A DNA stretch of 63,394 bases, filler included, from Globobulimina sp. (taxonomy: Eukaryota), in the NCBI GenBank assembly GCA_003354225.1. It is 43 parts of 43 records of this genome, joined end to end, with 100 filler letters (N's around TTAATTAATTAA, not from the genome) between each part and the next. Parts side by side here need not be neighbours in the genome. Positions count along the whole stretch, not along the records: positions 48,739 to 50,114 come from PIVH01017688.1; positions 50,215 to 51,590 come from PIVH01017689.1; positions 51,691 to 53,066 come from PIVH01017690.1; positions 53,167 to 54,542 come from PIVH01017691.1; positions 54,643 to 56,018 come from PIVH01017692.1; positions 56,119 to 57,494 come from PIVH01017693.1; positions 57,595 to 58,969 come from PIVH01017694.1; positions 59,070 to 60,444 come from PIVH01017695.1; 35 more parts are not named here. The stretch is one strand, 5' to 3'. Below are positions 48,739-60,544 of the stretch, piece after piece. The notes below the pieces were generated by a model. It was given only the letters and a program-made list of their open reading frames with translations. It made no database searches and was not told the DNA's origin. A program made the position numbers and the translations under genes. Each line of letters begins with the position of its first letter. The stretch's first letter is position 1.

Positions 48739-49696
48739 CTACAAATGTTTGATCAGCTGTAACCCCTCCAAATTCTGTGTACTCCCCAGTAGGAGAATAT
48801 TGTGATCGCGTTCTCGATGTTCGGGCACTTCGCGGTGATCGCGATGTTATAGATCTTCGTAAAAATCTGCATCTTTGTCTCCAGCTCGACGCTGCTGATT
48901 TAGGTGATGATTTTGGCTCAGATCGCATTTGTGATGTTCCTCTTGCTCTGGTTGATGATGCCATTGATAATGCATTTTGTTGTGCAAACTCATCGGTTAA
49001 TGCTTCTGTCAGTAATTTTGGATATTGTTTATAATAAGCAATGAAATTCAATATTTTCTTTCGATGAAACTCATGATTTATTCCCATTCTTTGTAATGCA
49101 GCATCAGGCTCTGTCAGATCCAACAGTTGTTGTATGAAATGAATATCTTTGCTCTTAAAGGCATCCACCAAACCACTTAAATGAATGTGAGATAGAAATG
49201 TCTCAATTCTGCCTGGTTGATCTTGCAGACTTGGCGTAATTGATACGGCGAAGGATGTAGTCGGACGGAAATTCAATGGGTCAATGATTGATATTGATGA
49301 TTCCACAGAATTCGGTGTTAAACTACTTAAATGAGCATATTCGTGGGTATCACCAACGTTCATATCACTGTTGATATCAGCAACAAATGATGGAGGCGGA
49401 TCGGGAGATTTTCCTGACATTCTTGATAATCTTGATATTGATGGTATTCTTGATAATATAGATGAGCTTCTTGCTTTTGAAAATATCGATGAGGTTCTTA
49501 CTTTTGTTGAAGAATCAGAGGGCATTCTTTGGTATGGACTATCACCGCCATCACCTTGTATTGTTCCTGGCTCACATCCATCATCAGCCGTTGTTGCAGA
49601 ATTTACGCAGCAACACAGCCTTTTTATACAATTTGTGCAGTTGCCCGCATTTATTGTATGGATGATGCATAATAATGGCAATAATTTATAGAACAT
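48739..49696 (-). CDS. Signal peptide + Ser-rich linker + SAM domain protein (3' truncated)
   Basis: MFYKLLPLLCIIHTINA-GNC; SAM IETFLSHIHLSGLVDAFKSKDIHFIQQLLDL...LQRMGINHEFHRKKIL. Confidence 0.75.
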
Positions 49697-50220
49697 TGAG
49701 ATAGCTTCAATCAACTTATTAAATGGAGATAAGATGGTTTTAGTAGTGACTAATCATAAGATGGTTTTAACAGAGATAAGATGGTTATTAAATGTTAGAA
49801 TAAGGATTTAATGACTAATCATAGCGGAGATATGTAAAGCGAATTAGCGTAAAATTCATATAATGAATATACAGCTGCATTATCCAATACTTATTTTATT
49901 TCTTGCGCACATAAAGCCTGCAATCAGTCGTTGTTACATATGAAAATCCATATTGTCTTTGAAGTTGCCATTATTTGAGCGTTTTAGTAGTGGATATTAA
50001 CTAACTTAAGGAGTGAACTTAAAGTCTAAAATTATAATTTAGAAGGAATATTTTTCTTGATTTTGGTAAGATATCGTTTATTATTTCCGAAATCATAAAA
50101 TGGAAACCAACAAANNNNNNNNNNNNNNNNNNNNNNNNNNNNNNNNNNNNNNNNNNNNTTAATTAATTAANNNNNNNNNNNNNNNNNNNNNNNNNNNNNN
50201 NNNNNNNNNNNNNNGCGAAT

Positions 50221-51391
50221 TCTTGAATGACTTGAATAACATTTGATTAATTTGTATATTTACAATCTGATTATAAAATAAATTGAGTTATAATAAATAG
50301 ATTGATAAATAAATTGAATTCCTAATGAATAGATTGCATCGCATTGACATTTGCAATGTGAATCAGTACATATCGGACACCCCTAATCAACTGAATATCC
50401 TTTCGATCTAGAGCATTTTCCCCACGTAGAGTATAGATATTCATACAATAATATTCAAGTTGGAATCAGTATTAGGAAAAGCATTCCATATATAACATAT
50501 GTTACCATTCCATACCATTATTACGCATAACCGTCAAGAGCGTTTTGTATATGAAATGATTAAAATTAATAGAATATGAAAAAAAACATTTAAAATATAG
50601 AGACAATAATATAGACACAATAATATAGACACAATAATAAAATAAAAGCTATATATATATTACTCAAAATTAACTTGGTCTTCATTCATATCAGCATTAT
50701 ATTTGCTTTCTATGTTGAAAATCACATTTAATTTTGACTTTATGCATTTGCAACCACAAACATAATCACAACGATTACAATGGCAATACAAATGGAAATG
50801 GCAATAAGTTTACCAACAAATTTGGCAATCCATTTGCCGATTGGTGTATAAAACGTAAACGATATAACAGCAACACAAAAACCAGCAAACTTTACCACAA
50901 ACTCTGTCGATTGTAGTGGCGCACTCAGTGAGTCTAAATCATAATCTTGTATTAGCTCAACCGTATCGTAAACAGCCAATGCGCCCCACAATATCGCATT
51001 GAAGAAATTTAACATTTTCGCCGATGTCTTTTCATATAAATTATTTTTTTTGTTAGTTGATACTTGATACTTGATACCATGGCAGTTGATACCTGTTACC
51101 GCCGTCGTTAATGCGGAACACGGTACCATCACTACACTCAGTCACTAAGTCGAACACGAATCCACAACAGCCGTTGCCTGGACACAAGTCATCGAAACTA
51201 AAAGCACAAATCTCAAGCAAAAGCAAAAAAAGAACAAAGAAAAGACATTATTACATGGCAAATGTCAATGCGATGCAATCTATTCATTAGGAATTCAATT
51301 TATTTATCAATCTATTTATTATAACTCAATTTATTTTATAACTCAATTTATTACATACAAATTAATCAAATGTTATTCAAGTCATTCAAGA
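50221..51391. mobile_element. ~1.17-kb cassette bounded by ~134-bp inverted repeats
   Basis: 50221-50354 is a near-perfect reverse complement of 51258-51391. Confidence 0.75.
50740..51248 (-). pseudogene. Frameshifted membrane/secreted protein gene inside the inverted-repeat cassette
   Basis: Frame breaks in a T-run of the signal-like segment and at a triplicated GTATCAA. Removing one 7-mer joins LPWYQ to VSTNKKNN. Confidence 0.5.
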
Positions 51392-51744
51392 CACAAATAA
51401 TGGTTCAATCGAATTATTTGTTTCAAAATCAAAGCAATTAAACTCAAAATGCTGCGAATCTCATTATCAACAATTATAAGATTGCATATTTCAATGCGAA
51501 TTTGCGTTGAGTTCTATAAGCGATATCATTGTATTTTTGTTGTTTTGTTTTGTGTTTTGATTTGTTTTGTGTTTGTTTATTGTGTTTGTTNNNNNNNNNN
51601 NNNNNNNNNNNNNNNNNNNNNNNNNNNNNNNNNNTTAATTAATTAANNNNNNNNNNNNNNNNNNNNNNNNNNNNNNNNNNNNNNNNNNNNATGTAAAAAG
51701 TTTTTGCTTTTCATTTAATAGTCAAAACCAGACTGCCAAGTACA

Positions 51745-52587
51745 ATGCGAGCGTTACGCAGAATCAGTGTAAAATCACGATTCCAACATGCATCATTATC
51801 ACAAGCAACAGCTAGCGCAACAAAAAATGTGTTATCTTCAGATAAATGTGTAACAAATTCAATTATAACAAGAGCAGATGATGACAATAAAGATAAGATA
51901 ATGAAGAAATCGACGCTGACCTTTGCAACAGTCTTAGCAGCCGCAGCCTTAACACCCGCAGGCTATGCAATACCACCACTCGGTGTAACAATATTATCTA
52001 ATTTGCCGTTAGCAGCATTCGCCTTTGTTCAGGCATCCGGTATATCGCCACTTAGACAAATATTAAAGGATAAAGGCACCGGCGATTTAAGTCCATTTCC
52101 CTTCGTGTCGTTATATACTAATTGTGGAGTATGGTCGTTGTATGGTGTATTGCAACAGGACCAAACCTTAATAGTTGCAAATTTCGCAGGATTTATAGCT
52201 GGAGCAGCATATACTGGAATGTTTGCAAAATATACGGATCAATCCATGATGAAATTTTATGCTGGTTCTGGTGCGGTGTTAGGCATATTTTTGTCATCGC
52301 CGATGTGGGCTCCAATGGTAGGGACTGATGCTGTGACTGTTTTAGGTACATTTGGTATGACCACTGCTGTTGTACTGATGGCCTCACCTTTGGCTGTGGT
52401 CGGAACTGTAATAAGACAAAAATCAACCGCAGCATTGCCATTTCCTGTATCGCTCGCAATGACATTAAATGGATTTTGTTGGGGTGGCTATGGATGGTTT
52501 GTAACAAATGATTTCTATGTTTATGTTCCAAACGTATTGGGATGTGCGGCGGGATGTGCTCAGTTGGCACTGTTTGCTATTTATTAA
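51745..52587 (+). CDS. SWEET (MtN3/saliva) sugar transporter with N-terminal extension
   Basis: GTGDLSPFPFVSLYTNCGVWSLYG, MASPLAVVGTVIRQKSTAALPFP, DFYVYVPNVLG...QLAL. Confidence 0.92.
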   Translation: MRALRRISVKSRFQHASLSQATASATKNVLSSDKCVTNSIITRADDDNKDKIMKKSTLTFATVLAAAALTPAGYAIPPLGVTILSNLPLAAFAFVQASGISPLRQILKDKGTGDLSPFPFVSLYTNCGVWSLYGVLQQDQTLIVANFAGFIAGAAYTGMFAKYTDQSMMKFYAGSGAVLGIFLSSPMWAPMVGTDAVTVLGTFGMTTAVVLMASPLAVVGTVIRQKSTAALPFPVSLAMTLNGFCWGGYGWFVTNDFYVYVPNVLGCAAGCAQLALFAIY

Positions 52588-53166
52588 TTTTATGTAAAAT
52601 AATATAATTATAATATTTGTGAATCCTTGCACTGAAGAACCATGAGAAAGTCTAAAATCAAAATGACGTACATTGACATTGTTGTAAATATTGAATTTTT
52701 TACTTTTGTCGCCTCCTAAGTTTTGAAGAAGAAGAACTATTCTTGATTTCTTTGAGGATTCTCAAAGTAGTCTAATCAATAAACAATGCTCGCTCAATCT
52801 CAAGCTCTCGCAGAATGCGCTAAATGTAATGGACAGAAACCTGTACTATACTAACCATTAGGCAATATTGGAGTATATGTTTCAATCTGTTATATTATTG
52901 TCAACCATGTAGAAGTGTAATGTTAGGAGATATTAATCATAAATAATATTAATATTAATAATAGTGATTAAAATGATCTCGTTTGTTGCAAAAAATGACG
53001 GACATTTTCTGTTTTTTTGTATAGTATACAAAAAATGACGGTCATTTTTTTTTTAACAAAATTCTANNNNNNNNNNNNNNNNNNNNNNNNNNNNNNNNNN
53101 NNNNNNNNNNTTAATTAATTAANNNNNNNNNNNNNNNNNNNNNNNNNNNNNNNNNNNNNNNNNNNN

Positions 53167-54542
53167 ACTTCCATTCCATTGACATCTACCCTCACAAATT
53201 CATCAAAGGTCAAGAAGTCTGACAACCAGAATTGTACAGTTAATCGGGGCTGATAACATATATTCTCTCGAATATAAAACAATGAATGTGTATAACAGCC
53301 CACACCTACGAATTACATTCAATTTATAAATGTGATAAAATTATAAATATATAAAAGTATACCTTGACATTCAATTGATATTATTTGTTGTTTTAGCAGT
53401 TTAACACTTGGATATATATCAACAGTGTTAATTTTATCATCATGCACCCGATCATAACATGTTAATTTAGCAATGGCGTTGACTAAAAACCCATTTTTAT
53501 TTGCATCCAATCCATCCACATACGACGAAGCATTGATCAATAATTGCAACTCATTGTTCCCATTAACATCCCAATCCACCCATTCCTCCACATCTGCCTC
53601 ATACAAACATTGATACATTTCAGTCAATGCCTGGTCGCCACCTCCATCACCATCACACCATCCATACAAATGATTGTTAATAAAAACCGATAAAAACTCA
53701 TTCCCAATGCCAAAATCAGTCAAATAAAACCACAAATCCAATTTCGGAACTTGGCATTCCTCAAAACCAACATCTAAAACGAACGAAACTTTACTGCTGC
53801 AACCCGCATACACACAATTCATTGCACTCATACCGTACGGGTACGGCTGTCCGTCACCGACACCATTATCATGATCAGGGTTGACATGGACACGCTCGTT
53901 ATCCTTTATCTGTGTTTCTGTTTTGCAATTTAAATTTATAAACAAATGAGCTACAGAACCATTAACGATCCCATCCAATTCATCAATTTCAGTCAATGCC
54001 ACTCCAAACTGAAATGAATTAAATATCGCATCGGCATTGCCGTTGAAATCCGCTCTCGAATTCCATGTCGTACCTAACAATTCGTACAGCTCCAACCCTT
54101 CAAAACAAGTACGTACATTTTCAATGCCATATTGCGTGTTTAATGTGATATTGTCCCCCGTATCAGTGGTCGGTCCACAATGTCCAAACACAAGGTCATT
54201 GACACGTATTTCCAGCATAGAGTCTTCATAATGGTGCGCGAAATAATACAATGATAAGATTGGATATGCACAATGGCCCAACACTTGCCATTGCCACATT
54301 GCTCCACATTCGACTTCTTGGCAATTAATACTGATTTCGTGCGGATATTTGGGGTAATTTGAAGAGGTTGTTTTGCGGTCATAAGTCATGAGCGACGGCA
54401 CAGATTCGTCCTGGGTGTGTTCACCGCATTGTATTTGCACCATTGCGTCTAATAAATATGGTGTGGGCGAAGCGAGTGCATCCAAGAAATGTCTGTCGAC
54501 GGTTTGTTGGACGGCGATAACAACGAGCTGCGATTCATCATA
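53167..54542 (-). CDS. Multi-repeat Cys-containing extracellular protein (internal fragment, spliced)
   Basis: Repeated ~130-150-aa unit C..P.L.(L/V).(F/Y)...DF....E.(L/V).V.VN....G.C; the motif recurs after introns at 53170-53260. Confidence 0.65.
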
Positions 54543-54819
54543 NNNNNNNNNNNNNNNNNNNNNNNNNNNNNNNNNNNNNNNNNNNNTTAATTAATTAANN
54601 NNNNNNNNNNNNNNNNNNNNNNNNNNNNNNNNNNNNNNNNNNTTCAATGAAACATCAATTTTTTAAAAGTCTTTTTTATTTTTCAATCTAAACGCAAATA
54701 CAAAATGTAAAAGAACTTAAAATACATAAATACAATTTAATTACATAAATACATTTTAATTAAAATAATACGAATTGATAAAAATTTGTTAGTAACATAA
54801 AAAATTTTCATAATACACT

Positions 54820-56018
54820 TCAATAGTTGGGTGCATGATAATCATCGGGTTTCTGAGCCCGGTATGCAGTCAATTCGCTATATTGGTGTTGGACTTCATC
54901 TTGTTCTATTTCTGAATTACCTTTCGTTTGTGTACTTGCATTTCTCTGATCTTGTTTTTTCTTTCGATAATGTCCATTTTTGGCACTATTCTTGATCTGC
55001 TTAATATGATGTAAATCTCGAGGTGACAAATGATCGGCTTCGTCTTCACTGTCTTGTGCATTCTGTTGAAGTCCTGACATCTCAGGCCATGCTGCTGCAT
55101 AACTGGCAGATGTGCATTTAGCACGTGATCGTCCCAATGGGTGCTTTTGTCCATACATGTCAATAGTTGATTCCATAAAATCAAATCCGACTTTGTGGCG
55201 TTGCAGAAAATCTACACCCAAAATAACCAATGGTAAATGAGGGTCATCTGGCACAACATGTACTGTTTGTTCAAATACCGTATCGCCGATAGTAAAAGAC
55301 ATGACGACTTTACCCAAAATATCAATTGAACCCCCAAAACCGGCCATTTTATTGTGATGACAACTACGCAATTTGGACATGGGAACGCGAGCAATTTTGC
55401 AAACTGATTTTTGTGCAATGGTAAGCCTTGAGCCAGTGTCGGCTAATGCGGCTAATTTGCATACTGGAGCGCGCTGTCGCAATAAATAAAGGGCTAATTC
55501 CATAGGTTGTAATACCATAACGGAATTAGGGTCAACTTCACCCTTAGGCGAAGCAGTCAACACAGTTGCATTCATAGTATCCTTATCCAACCGATTCGGC
55601 CGGACTGCACATAACTCTGGCACTGGGGAAACAAGCTTATTGGTCACCCAATCATCATTGATAGACTCAACCGACTCAGGTAATAAAGGTTGTTTGTCGG
55701 TCATTTTGGTGTGACATGACCCAAAATTATCATTTGCCAATTTAGGCATACCCGGTTCTACTTTAGGTGTTTCCATAAACTCTTTCTCGAGTTTTGCCAC
55801 CATTACATTATAACTATTTATTTGTAATTGACTCATTCTTAATGCTAAATCAGTTTTACGTTTTTCATACCTCTCTTCCTGTTGTTGTCCTTTCTCGCTC
55901 CAATGAGTCCATATGTCATAATCAGTCTTCAGTTCGGGATAATCCGCAGTTGGTACCAAATTAGGTACGAATGTTGGTAAATTGTCCCAATTATCGATTG
56001 GATATGATCTTCCTGTCT
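54820..56018 (-). mobile_element. Retropepsin (Ty3/Gypsy-like aspartic protease) ORF ending without reverse transcriptase
   Basis: AALADTGSRLTI and VILGVDFLQRH; stop at 54820 followed by AT-rich DNA. Confidence 0.78.
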
Positions 56019-56118
56019 NNNNNNNNNNNNNNNNNNNNNNNNNNNNNNNNNNNNNNNNNNNNTTAATTAATTAANNNNNNNNNNNNNNNNNNNNNNNNNN
56101 NNNNNNNNNNNNNNNNNN

Positions 56119-57494
56119 TTCTGCACCAAAAACAAAAACAAATTATAATCAAGCACTACCTTTTAATAATAATAATAACAACAACAATATAAATATAAAT
56201 AATAATAATAATAATAGTAATCGTGGTCCGTTCCAAGCAATGGCTGGCTTTCAACCAGCAGCCGCCACTGGATTACAAGCTAAAAATATTGAACAAAAAA
56301 TGGCTCCACAAGGTCTCCAACATAAAGCTATACAACAACCACACCAAAATCCATGGAATAAGCCGCAACCACAACAACCAGCGCAACCACAACAACCAGC
56401 ACAACCACAACATTCACAACCACAACCACCACAACATGCACAGGCACAGACACCCAAACATAGCCACAACAGTTATAATTACATGAAGAATAATAATAAT
56501 AACAATAACAATAATAACAAGGCATATCGGCCGCCACCACCAAACAATGCATTTCGACCGCAATATCAAGGACAAAAATATGATCATAATTTTAAGAATA
56601 AATCTTATAATAAAAAACAAGTTCGACAACGAAATGCCCAAAGACAGCAAAAAAAGCAAACTCAAAAGGAAGATAAAAAGAAATGGATGGCGCAAAAACT
56701 AAATGAAATGGACGGCACTCAGTATGATTCGGATGAGTCTGTATTTGTGACGCAAGCCGCGATCGCACGAGAAAGCCGGCGGCATTCCTGGGGCTCCTCC
56801 AGTTTGGAGCCAAGTGCTAAACAACAGCCATTTGGGAAACCCGTCTATGTGAATCAGGGGAAAAAAGAAGGCACAAAAAGTGCAAACACAAATTCAAATA
56901 CAAATGTCTCATTTAATGATATGAATGAAGCCGCGCAATATAGCACAAAACAGTTAGTGTCGGAGCTAGAATTAAGTGAGCAATCGTTTTATAAGAAATA
57001 TTGGATTGAGGATGGTACGGTGGGTACGGGCTCCTTTGCAAAAGTGCGCAAAGTGACTCGTAAAAAAGACAAAAAAGAGTTTGCGCTGAAGATGATCAAA
57101 AAAGCCGGCAAATCGGCGGAAGATTTGGAAGCGTTGCAGCGAGAGATTGGAATCTTGGCGCGGTTGTCGCATCCGAATGTGGTGCCGTTGGTGGCGTGGT
57201 GCGAGACAAAAAAGAGGATTTATATGGTGGTGGAGTTTTGCAGCGGAGGCGATGTGTTTGAACGCATATTGAAACAGAAAACATTTAGTGAGAAAGAGGC
57301 GGCCCACGTTGTCCGCGCCGTAGCCGAAGGATTACACCATGTCCATTTGAACCATATCATTCATCGAGACTTGAAACCGGATAATTTGATGTATCTGACA
57401 AAGGACCCCGACAGTAACATTTTGTTAATTGATTTTGGCTTAGCCGGTGATGCCTCGTTGGGGCCATTATCGACGCCCTGCGGCACTGCGCATT
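56119..57494 (+). CDS. CAMK1-like Ser/Thr kinase with long Q/N/P low-complexity N-terminus (partial)
   Basis: VGTGSFAKV, FALK, HRDLKPDN, DFGLA, TPCGT. Confidence 0.93.
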
Positions 57495-58268
57495 NNNNNN
57501 NNNNNNNNNNNNNNNNNNNNNNNNNNNNNNNNNNNNNNTTAATTAATTAANNNNNNNNNNNNNNNNNNNNNNNNNNNNNNNNNNNNNNNNNNNNGTAGGC
57601 CATATCGGTATGTTCTAAAAACCGTTTGCAGTCGAAATTTTTTTTTCTTACTTTTCGAGAAAACTGAATTTTTCGAAAATTTTCGATAATTCCCTATGCT
57701 TCAACATTGAAAATTTTGGTCGGCTAAAGGCAAGCCAATTCAAGCGCTAGAAGATTTTCCTTCTGGGAATTAATTGACCCTTCAGATGTCTTTAAAAAAC
57801 CGTTTGCAGTGAAATGAATTTTTTTCTTTTTTTATGAAAAAAACGAATCTCAAATTTGTTCGACCACCTTTAGTAATAAAAAAATTCGAAAAATGAATAA
57901 ACTTCGGTCAATATTTATAGTATAGGATCTAAACTTAATCTTAGAAATAAAAATAAACAGCTCAACTTACCACAAAAAATCTCAAGTGAAACCAAATCGA
58001 ACCCGAAAAAACCGCGCACAAATCATACTGTATCCGTTATACACAAACAGCGCCCGCCGCCTGCTCATGAAAGTCGCTACCTTTGTGTTGGCCTAGTGTA
58101 GTCTTGTGTGTTATTGTTTTACTTTGTTGTATCCCTCACCCCACCTGTGTATGCATCGTTTGGTTGTGTTGTGCGATGGGTGCTTTAGAAAATATATAGA
58201 TGATATCTAAAGCTCTATTGCACGGCATATTCTGACGGGTGTTTTTACCAAGAAACAAGAATAATAAT

Positions 58269-58733
58269 TTGGTCGTCGATTACCGTGATTCCACAGTCTT
58301 TAGGCAATTTTGAGACCTAAGACTGTTGTTATCATGGTGATTGATGATCGATCAACGTCAAAGATTATTGGTGATCGATCAATAAAGAAATATTTGGTCG
58401 TCGATTACCATGATTCCACAGTCTTCTAGGCGATTTTGAGACCTAAGACTGCAGGTATCATGGTGATTGATGATCGATCAACATCAACATTTTGGTGATC
58501 AACAGCAACGTTTCAAGAAAAATATTTGATTGTCGTTTATCGTGATTCCCACAGTCTTTAGGCGATTTTGAGACCTAAGAACTGTTGGCATCATGGTGAT
58601 TGATGGTCGATCAACGTTTCGGTGATCAAGAATGAGTACACAAGAAACAATAAGTTTGTTTGAGCCCGTAAGTGAACAGTCTTAGACAGTATTTGAGCTC
58701 TAAGGCTGTTATACTTATGGTCTTAAAACGAAC
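58269..58733 (+). ncRNA. Cluster of four paralogous ~80-nt stem-loops (pri-miRNA/hairpin-RNA-like)
   Basis: Hairpins at 58271-58349, 58396-58475, 58528-58608 and 58654-58733; ~34-bp stems, ~11-nt loops, G.U-rich pairing on the + strand. Confidence 0.55.
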
Positions 58734-59069
58734 TAAAACACCGTATATTATGATGGTAATCGCTGAAATTTGGAATATAGGGTAAGGAGATATGCTCTTT
58801 TCCGTACATTATACAAAAATTTGAAAAACTACAGTAACTCTGGTCCCAGTACGAAAATTTTGTTTTTGATCAATTTGCCGAAAAGGCGTTTTTGCGATAA
58901 TTTTTTGTCAGAATGAATTACAAATTTGGAATGTAGGCCCTTATATTAGTCTAAAAGCATGTTTGCAAANNNNNNNNNNNNNNNNNNNNNNNNNNNNNNN
59001 NNNNNNNNNNNNNTTAATTAATTAANNNNNNNNNNNNNNNNNNNNNNNNNNNNNNNNNNNNNNNNNNNN

Positions 59070-60225
59070 AACAGATGTATTCTGCCATATTGCTGTGGAA
59101 GCAGGCACAATTACACCTGCAATGACCCCAAAGATAAAAAAACTTGCAGCTAAACAAGACAAACCTGCTGGAAGTGAAGCGACGTAAGATTTGATTGAAG
59201 TGTTTCTTCTCTTGTGAATCTTCTCTATTTTACCTTTTTAGTGTCAATACACATGGAAGTGTCTCAGATGTAAATTCGCCCAGGTCGGCTCATGGTGTTG
59301 GTCTTCCTGAAGATCATGTGGGATCATCGGATAGATTCTTCCAAGACCTTGAAGAAGGAGATAAAGCTCGTCAGGAGTAAGTGGATATTCTGGAATAAAT
59401 AACCCTTTCTTAGTGCAATCAGATGGGTATTCTAGAATAACCAAAAGTCGATGCAACCAGTCATTGTTTAGTCATTGGCTATTTGCAACTGGATGCAGTT
59501 GTAACATCTATTGGTTGCCTCCAACTTGGTGGCTAATACCGTATATCGCAAGAACTGTTAGCTAGGAATAGGTTATTCTACTTGTTATGTGTGCTATGGA
59601 TCTAGCTACGGTATTTAGTATTCTAGAATAACCAAAAGTCGATGCAACCAGTTATTGTTTTGTCATTGGCTGTTTGCAACTGGATGCAGTAGTAACACAT
59701 CTATTGTTGCCACCAACTGGATGGTTTATACCATATTATCGCAACAACTGTTAACTAAGAATTGGTTACTGTACTTGTTACATCTGCTATAAGTCTAGCT
59801 ACGGTTTTGGGTATTCTAGAATAACCAAAAGTCGATGCAACCAGTCATTGTTTAGTAGTCATTGGCTGTTTGCAACTGGATGCAGTAGTTACACATCTAT
59901 TGTTGCCACCAACTGGATGGTTTATACCGTATTATCGCAAAACCTGTTAGCTAGGAATAGGTTACTGTACTTGTTACATGTGCTATAAAACTAGCTACGG
60001 TATTGGGTATTCTAGAATAACCAAAAGTCGATGCAACCAGTCATTGTTTAGTAGTCATTGGCTGTTTTGCAACTGGATGCGGTAGGCTGAAATTGTATTG
60101 TTGGCAATTTATTGGTATTCTGTATTCTGGCTGGAATCAGTGTGATATGGTGTGAATCCATCACTTTCTTTTGCAGGAATGAGCGTCTAAAGGCTGAATT
60201 GGTTGCTCAACAGCAATTGGTCACT
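59070..60225 (+). CDS. Eukaryotic hypothetical gene, three exons (introns 59184..59241 and 59377..60176)
   Basis: Splicing gives ...PAGSEATVNTHGS...GDKARQENERLKAELVAQQQLV with GTAAG donors and pyrimidine-rich AG acceptors. Confidence 0.6.
59427..60081 (+). repeat. Intronic tandem repeat, ~191-196-bp unit x3.4
   Basis: GTATTCTAGAATAACCAAAAGTCGATGCAACCAG at 59427, 59618, 59811 and 60007. Confidence 0.92.
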
Positions 60226-60444
60226 AATCTGATCGTCGGCAATTCACTGCTTACCGCCGCGGGTTTTCCCATGTGCGGCGAGTCCGATTTGAAGACCTGT
60301 ATCGCCATGTTGATAATGGATCGGTTGGATATCGGAGGAAGCTTCGCGGAATTCCATCCCATTGATTTCAAAGAGGGGTTTGTCCTTGTGGGCCATGACG
60401 GACCGCATCATATCAACATCGCCGAGGGCAAACCGGCCCTGCGC
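60223..60444 (+). CDS. Bacterial L-arabinose/L-fucose isomerase-family fragment (probable chimeric join)
   Basis: NSLLTAAGFPMCGESDLKTCIAMLIMD..GGSFAEFH..GHDGPHH; abrupt rise in GC content. Confidence 0.75.
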
Positions 60445-60544
60445 NNNNNNNNNNNNNNNNNNNNNNNNNNNNNNNNNNNNNNNNNNNNTTAATTAATTAA
60501 NNNNNNNNNNNNNNNNNNNNNNNNNNNNNNNNNNNNNNNNNNNN

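Noticed and set aside
56251-56695. Cys-rich metallothionein-like antisense ORFs
   Set aside because: Shadow frames of the kinase's CAA/CCA/AAT low-complexity repeats.
58269-58733. CRISPR array or integron attC array
   Set aside because: Units are ~80-nt degenerate hairpins with related spacers. There are no cas or integrase genes and no cassette ORFs, and the context is eukaryotic.
59427-60081. CRISPR-like 34-bp repeat
   Set aside because: The intervening sequences are also copies of each other, so this is a plain tandem repeat.
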